Shown: piece after piece, positions 26,405-38,229 of the stretch
Position numbering within the stretch: position 1 is the stretch's first letter
Layout of the letters: each line of letters opens with the position of its first letter
Source: Podarcis bocagei
Lineage: Eukaryota
NCBI GenBank assembly: GCA_964188305.1
Contig: OZ076890.1
DNA: 64,000 nucleotides
Strand: one strand, 5' to 3'
The notes under the pieces: model-generated
Told to the model about the DNA's origin: nothing
Database searches by the model: none
What the model saw: the letters and a program-made list of their open reading frames with translations, nothing else
Position numbers and translations under genes: made by a program

Positions 26405-27147
26405 TCAGCTAGCTCTAAACAGTCTGTGAACCATGTAATTCACAGCAGCTTACTAGCTCTTTAGACATGGAATGGATGCCCCTGCCCTTTTTTACATGGA
26501 TGACTTCCAAATAAAACAAACAATCCTTTGGAAAAGTCTGTGGAACTACAAAAGTCAATCCCAAACAAAGCCATCATTTAAGGAAAATATATAAATTGAA
26601 ACTGCCCCCCTATGTTACAAAGCACAATATATTCTTCCTGTTCTTATAGCTTGGACATGTAATCCAGAGCAGCATAATGTCTCAGGCATAATTTATAGTT
26701 TCTAAACAATTTGAAAAATCCAAGCTTTTACTTTTGGGAGCAATTGCCATACCTGTTCCAACGGTGCTATGCACCCCACACCCTGGACCAGAAACAATCC
26801 AGTCAGTATTTTATTTTACACCTCCACCACTCAGGCAGTGTCTTTCATGTTCAAAGAACTGAAGCAGGCAAAGGGGATAGTTAGCTTCTCGTAGAATACC
26901 CTGTGGACCTTCCTGAGAAGTGTCAGTAATCAAAGACTTTGAACCGCCTTTGAAATTCCACAACAGATGTCTCATCTGGACTTTTCAAGATCCACTAGGG
27001 ATGTTTCATCTGGACATGACACTTCCATTTTTTCTTTTAGGCAAATGCCACGGCACTGCATGTGGTATAAACATATTAAATGTTAGTTTATTCAGTTCTA
27101 CACACCAGGCCAAATTCAGCTAGCACCACTTGTTTACATGAAAGATG

Positions 27148-27300
27148 ATAGAACCATAAAATTCTAGAGTTGGAAGAAATCTCAAGGGTCATCTAGTCCA
27201 AGTCCCTGAAATGCAGGAATCCTGCCCACAGCTGTCCCTGGGTGGGCTTGAACCAATAACCTTCTGGTTAACAGCCAGATGCACTGACCCATTGCGCCAC
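27148..27300 (-). mobile_element. tRNA(Asn)-headed SINE with CR1-type 3' tail
   Basis: Minus strand GTGGCGCAATGGGTCAGTGCATCTGGCTGTTAACCAGAAGGTTATTGGTTCAAGCCCACCCAGGGAC resembles tRNA-Asn(GTT); continues GATTCCTGCATT...GGACTAGATGACC...TTCCAACTCTAGAATTTTATGGTTCTAT. Confidence 0.8.
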
Positions 27301-29197
27301 AAGATTGGCTGATGCAAATAGTTTTCTATTCAGTTTTCATTATTATCCTTGTTTAATAAGAAGGTTCCATACTATTACAGAGAAGAAATATAAGGACAGA
27401 TATTTACCCTGTACTAGACCTAAAATCATGCTTCCCCCTTTCACTTTCTTTCCCCCTCTATTTATGCATTTTAAAATAGTCAATGTTTATCTTGTGTTCC
27501 ACCTCAGTGCTAATTGACAGAAATACAATATTGTGGCTTTGAGTAGATCTCCTTACCTAGAAATTGAAACAATTTTTACAAAACCATGCACATGTTCTGT
27601 CCTTGGACCTTAAAGCTAAAGCTGCAGGCCTAAGCACGTACAAGACATTTATGAAAGAACTGACAAATTAAAATGTTTCCCTTTCCACAACTATCCCCTA
27701 AATACAATAAAGTGCATTTGCTGAAGTTATATTGGGTCCTATGGGAGGAATTCTGTCTGCCAGATGGTGTGTTGGTTTTAGATTCAGGTGAGTTGGTTTG
27801 ATAGTCCCCACTCGCTTTTTCTCTTATCCATGTCATCTTATGAGTCCATGGATATTTACCAAAAATTAAGGAAGTGATGGATTTTTGTTTTTGTTGTATA
27901 TTTACATAATCAGGAAAACAATCATTATTTCAACATTCCAGTTCGATGAACAAATTGAAGTAAGGTTTCCTTACAAGTGGGATAAATGCATTTCCCTATG
28001 GACAGTTTATTGAAGTGATTGTGAAGCAGATCATTTTCACTTTCTCACAGCAATGCCTTTTTATACAATAATCAAACCCTCATTTTATCGGTGACTAGAC
28101 AATATATGAGGAGTTACTGTCCAGTACATTTCCACCCCAGCTATTACAGTTCAGAAACAACTGCTTATCCCCAATTTTACAATGAAGAACATTTTAAAAA
28201 GTAGCACCTGTGAGAATAGTAAAACACTCCCTGTGGTGTTATATCTAGGAAGTCTTATTCACACATGTACTGTCATCCAGTGAGGAACATGCCTTTGTGA
28301 ACCAGCTCTTGCTCTCAGACTGAAACTATAGAAAAAGCAGGCACACAAGAAGAAAGACATTGATTGCCACTCAAAATCCACAAGCTATCTGTGATGAAAC
28401 ATCACTTGAACATTTTTATTCTTCAGAAAAACTGTGCACATTGCAATTTTACTGGTGGCTGTTGGTCTGGTAAAAGCCCATTGTCTTGTGACAGTAGATG
28501 GATGCCAGTTAGAATCCAATGAAGGAAAGACTGAATACAATTAAGAACCGGATTTAAGGACGTTTAAATTATACTAACGAAAACAGTAATAATAAAAGAT
28601 TGAACTGTGTATAAATACTGCACAATAGTATATACCTTCTCAATTATTTAAGCCGGAAAATTAAAGCATGTCTCGCATCTGTCAAACTAAAGGACAAAGC
28701 TGTTCCATCATTTTTATGATGTGCAGCTTGGCATGAGAAAATTTACTGTATTTACATTAAGCTATGTTGAGAGCTTCCCAAGAGTGCACATAAGCATTAT
28801 GTTAACAGCCAGCCATCTTGTTTGACACAAAACAGCTAGCCACCTGGCAATCACATGAACTCAGCACAAATTGTTTTGCAACTCTCAAAATGCAATCCAC
28901 ACAGAAACATTTCCTAGTCCTGAGTCGGGGCGCCGGTGTGGCAATCTCTAAATCAAGACTAGTTTCATTAAATATATATATATTATATGGTGGTGCTAGA
29001 AAGTGGCAGCATCCAGGTGCAATTTTGGCCTGTCTCCCACATCTTACAGGCATGGAAGCAGCTAAAGGTGTATCTTAACTTTTGTGAATAATAATGCATA
29101 TATTTGATTCCTTATTTATCCTTTACAGATGTGCTGTTAGAGAAGTATGTATATATTGTGAAATGTAACACTGTACTTTTTCTCCACACATGAAGGA

Positions 29198-29225
29198 ACA
29201 CACACACACACACACACACACACAC
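29198..29225. repeat. (AC)n microsatellite
   Basis: Read directly from the sequence. Confidence 0.95.
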
Positions 29226-30069
29226 TTTTTAAGCTATGGCAAGTAGTACTTACAGGCATTATGTTAAGAACATTTTTTATTAACTGATAAAAATCTCTTG
29301 TGTAGAATACTATCCAGTTTAAAACCAAATTCGGCTAGCACTTAAACTTCATAGGCACCCCCCAAATGCTTCATTTCCATGCAGGAAAGCTTCTATCTTC
29401 CTCCGCACAAATCAAGCAGCCAAGGCAGTGACATGACAGAATATCTATTTGGAGGGTTATCCAAAAAAGGAGATTGTACCCTTGATGCAAACAGTTCCCT
29501 AAGAATAGAAATGGCCCTCCCAGTCCCAAACAAAATCAGTTAACAGGCAGCCAAGAAAATATCAGAACTACAATCAGCTAATTCCCACTCACACTATGTA
29601 TCTGGCACTAGTTCATGCTCTGCCCTACGCCAGTACCAACTAAGGCAGCAACTGGGAGGCTCAGAGAAGACAGCTGTTTCCCTCACTGGGTTTTTTAAAA
29701 AACAAGCTTTTCTCCCTCGCTCCAGTGCTGTGCAAAACAAATCGTGCAGCTGGCCTTAAATCCACCTGTCTCCAGCTTGTCTGCACTCATGTAATTACCA
29801 AGAAACTGGCTGTAGCAGGGAGCTTGGTAGAACAGAAAAAGACTCAGCCCATGTACAAAACTGAGGAAAAAAGGGTTATTTTATGGGTGATGCTATGAGT
29901 AGCAAAAATTAAAGGGTATCCCACTGACATTTTCTGCTAATGACTCCAAAGGCATAGGGAAATTCAATATCATTTTCACCATATTTTTTCATATTTCACC
30001 CACCTCAGACTGATGCATCTTCAACTGTACAAGGAAGCTGTCAGTGTTTGTAAAAAGCAAAAAGAAGAA

Positions 30070-30111
30070 GGAGGAGGAGGAGGAGGAGGAGGAGGAGGAG
30101 GAGGAGGAGGA
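30070..30111. repeat. (GGA)n microsatellite
   Basis: About 14 GGA units; explains the poly-Gly in ORF 30013-30411. Confidence 0.95.
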
Positions 30112-30317
30112 AAGGGTTCTGACCTCCCTTTGTCTCCTCAGCCTGGTCCTCGGACCCTTGTAGGCACAAAAGAGTCCACGAGAATATCCTTGCAGAGTTT
30201 TATTCTTAAAAATCTTTGTGCAAAAGCGACCGACACACTATACACATCAACACTAACTAACCAACTAACCCCACAATACCAGCCTCAGAAACAAACTAAC
30301 ATTTCTCACTCTATATA

Positions 30318-30652
30318 CAGTGGTGCCTCGCAAGACGAAAAGAATCTGTTCTGTGATTCTCTTCGTCTAGCGGTTTTTTTGTCTTGCGAAGCAAGCCCAT
30401 TGATGGATTAGTGGATTAGTGCTATTAGCGCTATTAGCGGCTTTTAGCGGCTTATCGGATCAGCTGATAAGCGGCTTAGTGGCTTAGAAAAAGGGGGGGA
30501 GGAAAAAACCCCCACAGGAACTCGCAAGACATTTTCGTCTTGCGAAGCAAGCCCATAGGAGATTCGTTTTGCGAAGCACCTCCAAAACGGAAAACTCTTT
30601 CGTCTAGCGAGTTTTCCGTCTTGCGAGGCATTCGTCTTGCGGGGCACCACTG
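30318..30652. mobile_element. Tigger/pogo-like MITE, family B, 335 bp
   Basis: TA|CAGTGGTGCCTCGCAAGACGAA ... TTCGTCTTGCGGGGCACCACTG|TA; internal reiterated CGTCTTGCGA motifs. Confidence 0.92.
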
Positions 30653-32321
30653 TATACAACTTGGTGCAGGCCGCTGAGTCATGCTGACGCAGCTTTATTC
30701 GCATTAAAGAAACAGCGGCCATTTTAGCCGTGACACCCTTCTGTTTCTTAAATGCGAAAACCCCCAACAGAAATAGTACATACATACATTATACACATTA
30801 TATACATGTTTCAAAAGGTAGCATAATTGGATTGTGTTTTTGGAAGCAGGCCAACAGTGGGCCAAAGTTCACCTGCAACACTGCCCACATCTTGCTAAAT
30901 AAAACAATTTAACAATTCATGATATCTCTTGCCTACCAGCTCTGGGTGTTTATGTTTCTCCCAATCATGACAGGAGGCTAGACAAATGATGATGTTTGCT
31001 TTTGCAGAGGAACGAGGCCAGGCGAGGCCCAGGGCATCAGCACCTCTGGGTTCTAGTATTGGCCAGTAGGACTTGGCTTGCTTCTTTAGCAGTTGTCCTT
31101 ATTTGTTTTCCTTGGAACTCAGACAGCAGTGCTGCCTCTAGAAAGGATGAAAAACAGCATCTGGGGTTTCTGTGAGATCTTTGCATTAGTAACTGCTTAA
31201 CTAGCTTCTGGGTTTCCCTAGAGCTCTCTCATTAAGATGCTATTTTTAGCCTATTTTTAGATCCCATGATTAACCATGGCTTGCCACTATGCTAATGAGC
31301 TTAGCCTCCCCCTGGTTCAAAGTATCCCTTCTCTCTTCTCCAGGGTGGCCATGAAGAATTTGAAAGCTTTTGCTTCCTTTAAAAAAATAAAATAACCATA
31401 GTTGCTTGGGGTCACTCTCCATGAAAAAAGTAACTAATAAATGCAGATCATCATCATAACAGCAGCAGCAGCAGCTTGCCATATCATCTAAATTGGATAA
31501 ACTATGATTAATCTTTACTGGCTTGTTACAACAAACCATGGTTAAGATTTATCGCATTTTAGCGTTTGAACATAGCACTAAACTGATTGATCAAAAGCAG
31601 ATAACAATTCCGATCTCTTCCTCATAGCCACTTTGGAGGAAATTCACACATGCAAGACCAAGGGAGGCTAGTTTCATTTCCATTATGAAAAACTTTAATT
31701 TATTGTGATGTCTGAGCACAGCCTTTGAATTATGTCACTGGGAACTGTTGATCAGGTCAGTTTGCTTAAAAATGTGGATTAAATGAAAACGTCGAGTATC
31801 CCAAGCTCTGATGGCACTTGTTACAAACTCAAGTATTTTTAGTCCCTTTTTCGGGAAGGGACAAAACGTCCAGCAGTTCATCAGCACATATATTAACTAG
31901 CTGAGTCATACCAAGTGTTAGAACAACTCATGAATCTAATATCTACATTCAGCTTGTTTTCTTTCACATTTTAAGAAGACAGTACATTTTAATGTAATGA
32001 AAAATGGTTACATGATTAATCAGAGTGAAATGAATATAAATTCCCAGAATTTGAACTAAAAAAGAGGAATCTGACTCAGACTTAATAAGCTGAATTTGGC
32101 TTCCTAAGTGAAGTAAAGGTTGATCTGTCCCATAATCTCACCATTTATTATTTGTCTTGTCCAAAGGCAATTCAGGCAAATTAAAATTTATATCTTAGAA
32201 GCTGCACCTTGTTCAGCCTACATGGTGTGTATTTATCTAAGCAACTTCCACTGTTGGAAGTTCCCATGGGTTTATTGCCTGATAAGTGTGCAAAGGATGA
32301 CAAGCTAAGAGAGATTCTACT

Positions 32322-32495
32322 CAGTGGCATAGCGTGGGGGGTGCAGGGGGGGCCGGCCGCACCGGGCGCAACATCTGGGGGGGCACGCTCACACTCGCAG
32401 CTCTCTGCCCCTACCTGCGCCCCCTACCCCCACGGGTTAGGGGGCGCAAATTACTTGCCTTGCCCCGGGTGCTGACAACCCACGCTACGCCACTG
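32322..32495. mobile_element. GC-rich hAT (Tip100-like) MITE, 174 bp
   Basis: TIR CAGTGGCATAGCGTGGG / CCCACGCTACGCCACTG; exact 8-bp TSD ATTCTACT at 32314-32321 and 32496-32503. Confidence 0.92.
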
Positions 32496-33864
32496 ATTCT
32501 ACTGAGAAATTCTAGTGACTTGAGGACCCCTAGGAAAAGAGAGTTGAAAATTAGGAAGCAGGAGGGGCTCAGAATGTGGTTCTTGCTTGCAGTGGCTGCC
32601 AGCATTTTCTGTTAAATAATGAGGGCTGGGCGGGTACTGGCACTTTCCCATGTAAGCCTCCTGATCGCCAAAATTGCTCAATTTTATTCCTTTCCCTGTT
32701 CATCTCTTTAGCCAAAAAAGATGGTATTGGGTGGGAGAAGGGCTCAGCTCTAGTCAGGGCTAATGCTAGTATAGTATAGTCAAAACCCTTTGCTGAACAC
32801 ATCAGCTGGAGAAACAAATGCTCATGTCATGCGCCATTTGATAGCCATGCCCAAACCTTCTCTGCAAAAAAAGTGCCTCATCCCATCAGTCATGATAGTA
32901 TGCACTTGCATGTCAGCCATGCATGGAATACACAATGAATGACTGGGACTATGTATACAAAGCACTTAAAATGTCTGTCTTTTACAAAAATTAAAACACA
33001 TCCTCATTAGGAGGATCACCAGTATCCCTGGTTACTGTCACCAGACATCTCATTGTTGGTATTACTTCTCACCCTGGATTTTATGTGGCCCAGCAACTGG
33101 GCTTATCTTTACAACTGCATTTGTTGATGGTTGTGATGAATCAAGAGGACACGGAGCTTCTGCTTCTTGTGGGTTAACAACATGAAAATTTTGCTACAGG
33201 AGATGCGAGCCACAGAAACAACGGCTGATTAGACTGAGATTAAGGATGGATAATATTAGTTTTGAATTTGAAAAATACCAAAAATGCAGAGACATGAATG
33301 AGAAGGATTATCTCTAGACATCTGGAACATGGGAGGTCCCAAGAAATTTTTTTATAATTGGAATATATAATTGGTGTATTGTTATTATTGTAATTTGGAT
33401 CAATTTGATTTAATTTGTTATTAATTGGAAGTTTGTTATTGAAAATGAATAAATTTTTTAACCCCCCCCCCAAAAAAGGAGGACACTGAGCTTCTTCCAA
33501 CCACCTTGGTGAATCATTGCTGGTATTTCACAATGGCAAAGGTCACAGGCAAGATGAAGAGCTTCATTCCTGAAGGGGAATAGGTTTCCATTGAATCAAT
33601 TTCAAAGTGTCCATGGTTTATCATGGAAACAACTGAGCTGCTGTGTATAACAGGAAGGGTGGTGGTCTCCTACATGCCAACCATTATGGCCCAGTGGAAC
33701 TTTTATAGTTGTGGAATGAATTCTGACAGCATGAGAATACTAGCACAAATATGTCCCTAACTCTAGTGAAACTTTTTCTATCACTATCTTCTTGTGCTCC
33801 AGTGATGCAAGGGTGTTTAGGAGTATACCTATTCTGCTCAGAGAACGATCTTTCTGTATGTATA

Positions 33865-34037
33865 TAGGAAGCTACCTTATACTGAGTCAGAGCCATTGGT
33901 CCATCTAGTTCTACTATCATCTCAACTGGCTGACAGTGGATCACCACTATTCCACATTGGGACATTCTCAGCTCTACCTGGAAATGTCAAGGATTGAGCC
34001 TAGGACTTTCTGCATGCTCTAAAACTGAACTATGGCC
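33865..34037 (-). mobile_element. tRNA-derived squamate SINE (Squam3-like)
   Basis: Plus strand AGGAAGCTACCTTATACTGAGTCAGA.CCATTGGTCCATCTAG ... GGATTGAGCCTAGGACTTTCTGCATGC...ACTGAACTATGGCC is the reverse complement of the family. Confidence 0.7.
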
Positions 34038-35807
34038 GTTCTGAATACACATCTGACTGCTACTAACAAGACCAAAAAAAAAAAAAATTGTCAACAAGTC
34101 TCAGTTAAAGGAGTGTTTATTCCCCCAAACCTTTGAAATTTCTCTGCCTCTGAAAAGAAAGATCGGTCTGATTTGTTAAATTAATCACCGACATTTCTCA
34201 ACAATGCTTCAAGCTTCAAACAAACTTATTTTTTAACATCAGCATTTGATATATTATGTTGCAAGTATTTGAAATGTACAGCTATCTTTCATCATTAAAC
34301 TTTCCCTGGTTTTATACTCTGGAGAGTACAGCTTAACAGGTGGGTATAGGCCCTTGCTGCCTGAAACTACCATATGTTGTAGGAAAGAAAATGAATACTC
34401 TAACAGAAGTCTGCTAAGCCAGTTGGTGTTTGCATTTTAGTTTGCATTTCATTTTAATTTTTCCTAAAATGTTTTCATTACTAAAATAGCAACATTAAGA
34501 GAGGTGACCTTCAGCCTGAAGCTCTGTACTTGCTCTTAATGTGTGCCTCAAAAAACTTATTTTAAATGCACGTAAGGGGAGGCATCAGCCATGCATGAAC
34601 TTGCCAAACTACTTTTAAAACAGCAATAGCTATTTCATATATGAAATATATAGCACTATAGAAATGCAGTCACTTTTCTCTATATGCACACTCATATTTG
34701 TTTGATTTCTTGAAATGTTAAATTATAAAGTCCATATCAATCAGTGCTTACATAAATCCTCAAATCCAGCTGAACAAACCATTTCTTAACAAATACTTAT
34801 CAGCTGAATCTCATTATTCTTTTAACCAGCCTAGTTCTTGAGCATTTTTATGTTCTACTTTTGCATCTTGTGGTCACCAAAGATATAAACACAGTTAGTA
34901 TGATGTTCTGTGCATAAAGGAGATGCATGTGGTTTTAGATGGAAGAAGACGACGACAGGAAAAGAGCCTGAAACCAAATGGGAAGAAGCACTGAGCTGCC
35001 TTTCCTATGGATTTCCCAGAAAAACTCTCAAAACCAACCAGACCAATAATTCAATGGGAAAAGCTATTGCACCGTCTGCAATATAATTAATCATAAGGTT
35101 TTGCGTAAAATCTAGGCAATGCGCTACAATTCAGAATATTATGTTTAAAAGTGGAGTTCCCAGGTTTTCCATTAGGCTTGAGACAGAAAATAACTCTTTT
35201 TTTGAAGGTGGATTAAAAGCAGGATCAATATTCACCTTTTGTCCTTGGTTGGGCATGTTTCAGAGGTTTTTGAAGATATTTCAAAACCTGTTTTATTAGA
35301 GATGGCCATGGAATAAAAAGAAAAATGTACACACACTATTGGAAGTTCTCATAAAATCTATTGCCTGCCTGCAGCCTTACACTATTTTCCTTGAACTGAA
35401 GACTGCAGCTGCCTAATTTCATTGATGACACCATTATACTGACTTTGCTGGATCATGGTTCCATTTTTTTAAAAAAACTACTTTACTTGAAATATCCCTA
35501 CTATTTAAAAGGTGTCTAGCCTTTTACTTGGAAGCTGTTAGTCAGTGGACTGAAAGAGCTAGAGCAGCAGCACAGAAAGCATATCTTGAGAGAGTGCAAA
35601 CCCCCCCAAAAAACCTGGCTTAAGGCTTTCTTCTTGTGTCACAGCTAGTATTTTACTATTTATTAAATTTCTATTCTGACCTTCATCTGAGGATCACAGG
35701 ATAGTTTACACTATAAAAACTCAAAAATACATACCACAGTAACAAACAAGTTTAAAAGGACCTAGATTGTCAGACCAAAGGTCTGAAGATGAAAGCTTTT
35801 GCTTGGT

Positions 35808-35920
35808 GCTAGAGCACCAAGTTGAAGCCCCATGCTGGGCAAAAAGATTCCTGCATTGCAGGGGATTGGGCAAGATGACCTTCATGGTCCTCTCCAACTC
35901 TTCTACAATTCTATGATTCG
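35808..35920 (+). mobile_element. tRNA(Lys)-headed SINE with CR1-type 3' tail (head partly deleted)
   Basis: GTTGAAGCCCCATGCTGGGCAAAAAGATTCCTGCATTGCAGGGG...AGATGACC...TCCAACTC...ATTCTATGATTC. Confidence 0.7.
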
Positions 35921-36214
35921 AGGAATACATACAGCAATTGAGCTACGGCTTCCAAGCCATGCTACTAGCAATGAGCAGATGAATTTCCTATCACATGTGC
36001 AAATGATCGAAAGCAAGTGTGGCAGGAAAACGCAGCTCAGAACAATGTGGTGCACAGTAAACAGATAGTTCCTGATCTCAAATTGGGACCCATGTAAATG
36101 TTCAGCAGTGATGGGAACGTAGACTTGGCTTGGGTTGCCACTTAACGCTCTCCCTGTACCATTATCCCCCGCAACACACTCCTATCTGCTTCCCTCCTGC
36201 TTGGGTTCCTAGAT

Positions 36215-37265
36215 CAGTGTTTCCCAACCGGTGTTCCGCGGCACACTAGTGTGCCGCGAGACGTTGCCTGGTGTGCCGCGGGAAAAATTAAAAAATTCGA
36301 AAGATAGCTTCATATCCGGAGAGGCGGCCTTCAGGCGAGTTTTAATTTTAATTTTCCTTCTCCCACTTAATGCCCCACGCTCGCCCGAGCAGCTTGCAGT
36401 CCTTGGTAACCACGGCGACCCGAGGGAGGGGAGGGAACAGGGAAGTCGAGGGCGGCGGCGAGCCGCGATGACGTCAGTGGGCCGCGCCGCCTCGCCCTGG
36501 CACGGTGTGAGAGCCCCGGCTAGTGGCGCGAGCTTCAGAATAAGTGGGATCCGCATGCGCGAGACCGAGATAGCGGGTAAGGAGCTCAGCCCTGGGCAGG
36601 AGGAAGCGGGGCCGTGCATGCGGGCCACATCCCCACAGAGAGCGAGCCTCCCCCGGCCCACCACTCCGGGCAGGTCCACTCGCATGAGGGGGCGGCGATG
36701 GCGACGGCCGGCAGCTTGACTGCAATGCCATCCCTCGAGCAGGCGAGGAGCCCGGAGGCTACCAGATGCGAGTCCTCTTTCCCACCCTGCTCGGGAGTCC
36801 AGAGCACTTGGTCGCATTCAGGATCTAGAGTGGGGAAGCGGGGCTTGTGTCTGGGCTGGACACATTGGGCTGCCTGTGCCGCTCGACCTGCGGGGAGAAA
36901 TCAGGGTGGGAGTCACGACCGTGAGGCAGGGCTGCCAAGTGTGGCAGAAGAGGACACGGCCGTCGCACCTGTCCTTAGGTAGGAGCTTCTTGAACAATTT
37001 TTCAAGTTTCAATTTTCCCCCCTCCCCCTTGCCTTCCTTCTGTGCCAACCGCCAAAAAGCCAAGTCTTGGCTTTTTTCTTGGCTTTTTGGCGGTTGGCAC
37101 AGAAGGAAGGCAAGGGGGAGGGGGAAAAATTGAAACTTACACTTTCGTCCGTCCCTCCCGGTGTGACGCTGCGCGCTGATGTCACGGGGCTGTAATGGTG
37201 GTGTGCCTCGAGATTTTTTTCATGAAACAAGTGTGCCTTTGCCCAAAAAAGGTTGGGAAACACTG
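36215..37265 (+). mobile_element. Non-autonomous hAT (Charlie-like) element with CpG-rich cargo, 1051 bp
   Basis: Perfect 15-bp TIR CAGTGTTTCCCAACC / GGTTGGGAAACACTG; exact 8-bp TSD TCCTAGAT at 36207-36214 and 37266-37273; subterminal GTGCCG repeats; no transposase ORF. Confidence 0.95.
37004..37138. repeat. Long inverted repeat (61-bp arms, 1 mismatch, 13-bp spacer) inside the hAT element
   Basis: 37004-37064 is the reverse complement of 37078-37138. Confidence 0.93.
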
Positions 37266-38229
37266 TCCTAGATGACTACATGCTGCTTCACATGCAGACC
37301 AGTATCTGCAGAATTCAGTTTCCTTCCAACTGGAGATACAGTGGAACAAAACCTAACCCAGTGTTTCCCAACCGGTGTTCCGCGGCACAGTAGTGTGCCG
37401 CTGGACGCCGCCTGGTGTGCCGTGGGAGGGAGTCGGGCGAGTCGGGCTAATCCTCCGACGAGCTCCACCTCCAGACCCATTGCTCAAATCCTTTAACCCA
37501 GGAAGGCAGGAGGGCGGGGAGGGGGGGGGGAAGAAAGAGAAAAAAGAAAGGGTGGAAAAAAAGAAGGGGAAGAGAAAATATTTTTTTAAAAAAAGGAAAG
37601 AGAGGGAAAAAAGCGAGGGATGGAGGAAGGGGAAGGGGGAAGAAGATGGGGGGTGTTTGTGTATAAACAGAAGGGGAGGACAATGAAGAGGGGCGGGGCT
37701 TGGCAGGCAGCAGATAACTGGGGAGGGGGGCGCGGCTGGCGGCGGCTCAAGGCAGGAAGGGAGGAGCTGCCTTGCGGAGAGTCTTGGGCTGCAGAGATTT
37801 CCCGTTCAGGAGCGCGGGAGGCCACGCCGTGGATGGGAATCTCCTCCTCCTCTTCCTCCTCCTCCTCCAGGAGAGAGGGTGGTCCGCCCCACCGAGTCGG
37901 GCGTGCTCAAGCGTGGGAGCCTATAGTTAGAGCTCAGCTCCTTTTCTTGCCTTCCCCGCCCCCCCAGCACATTTTCCCCGCCCCCAACCCCCGCATGTAG
38001 AATAGAAGCCCTCCAGCCTCCACGGTGCACAAACTCTGTCCTCTGCAACGAAGCGCTTTGTTGCATATCTTTGGTGAGGTTTTTAGGCAGTCTTGGTGCA
38101 CCTTAAATCAGCGCTAATTGCGCCTGGACGCAGTATTTACTTCCGAGTAGGCCCCCTTCTCCCCCCCCGTAGCACCTGACGTTGCTATTCGTATCATCAG
38201 GTTTGTTTGTTGATAATTTAATTGTTTTA

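Noticed and set aside
27225-27300. tRNA-Asn gene
   Set aside because: 5' acceptor strand missing, stems mismatched, and fused to a CR1 tail; treated as a SINE head.
30013-30411. Poly-Gly protein
   Set aside because: Built from a (GGA)n microsatellite and the start of a MITE.
36209-38066. Long GC-rich ORFs (up to 202 aa), or a native gene promoter
   Set aside because: They lie inside TIR/TSD-bounded insertions; stop-poor GC-rich DNA explains the ORFs; no transposase motifs.
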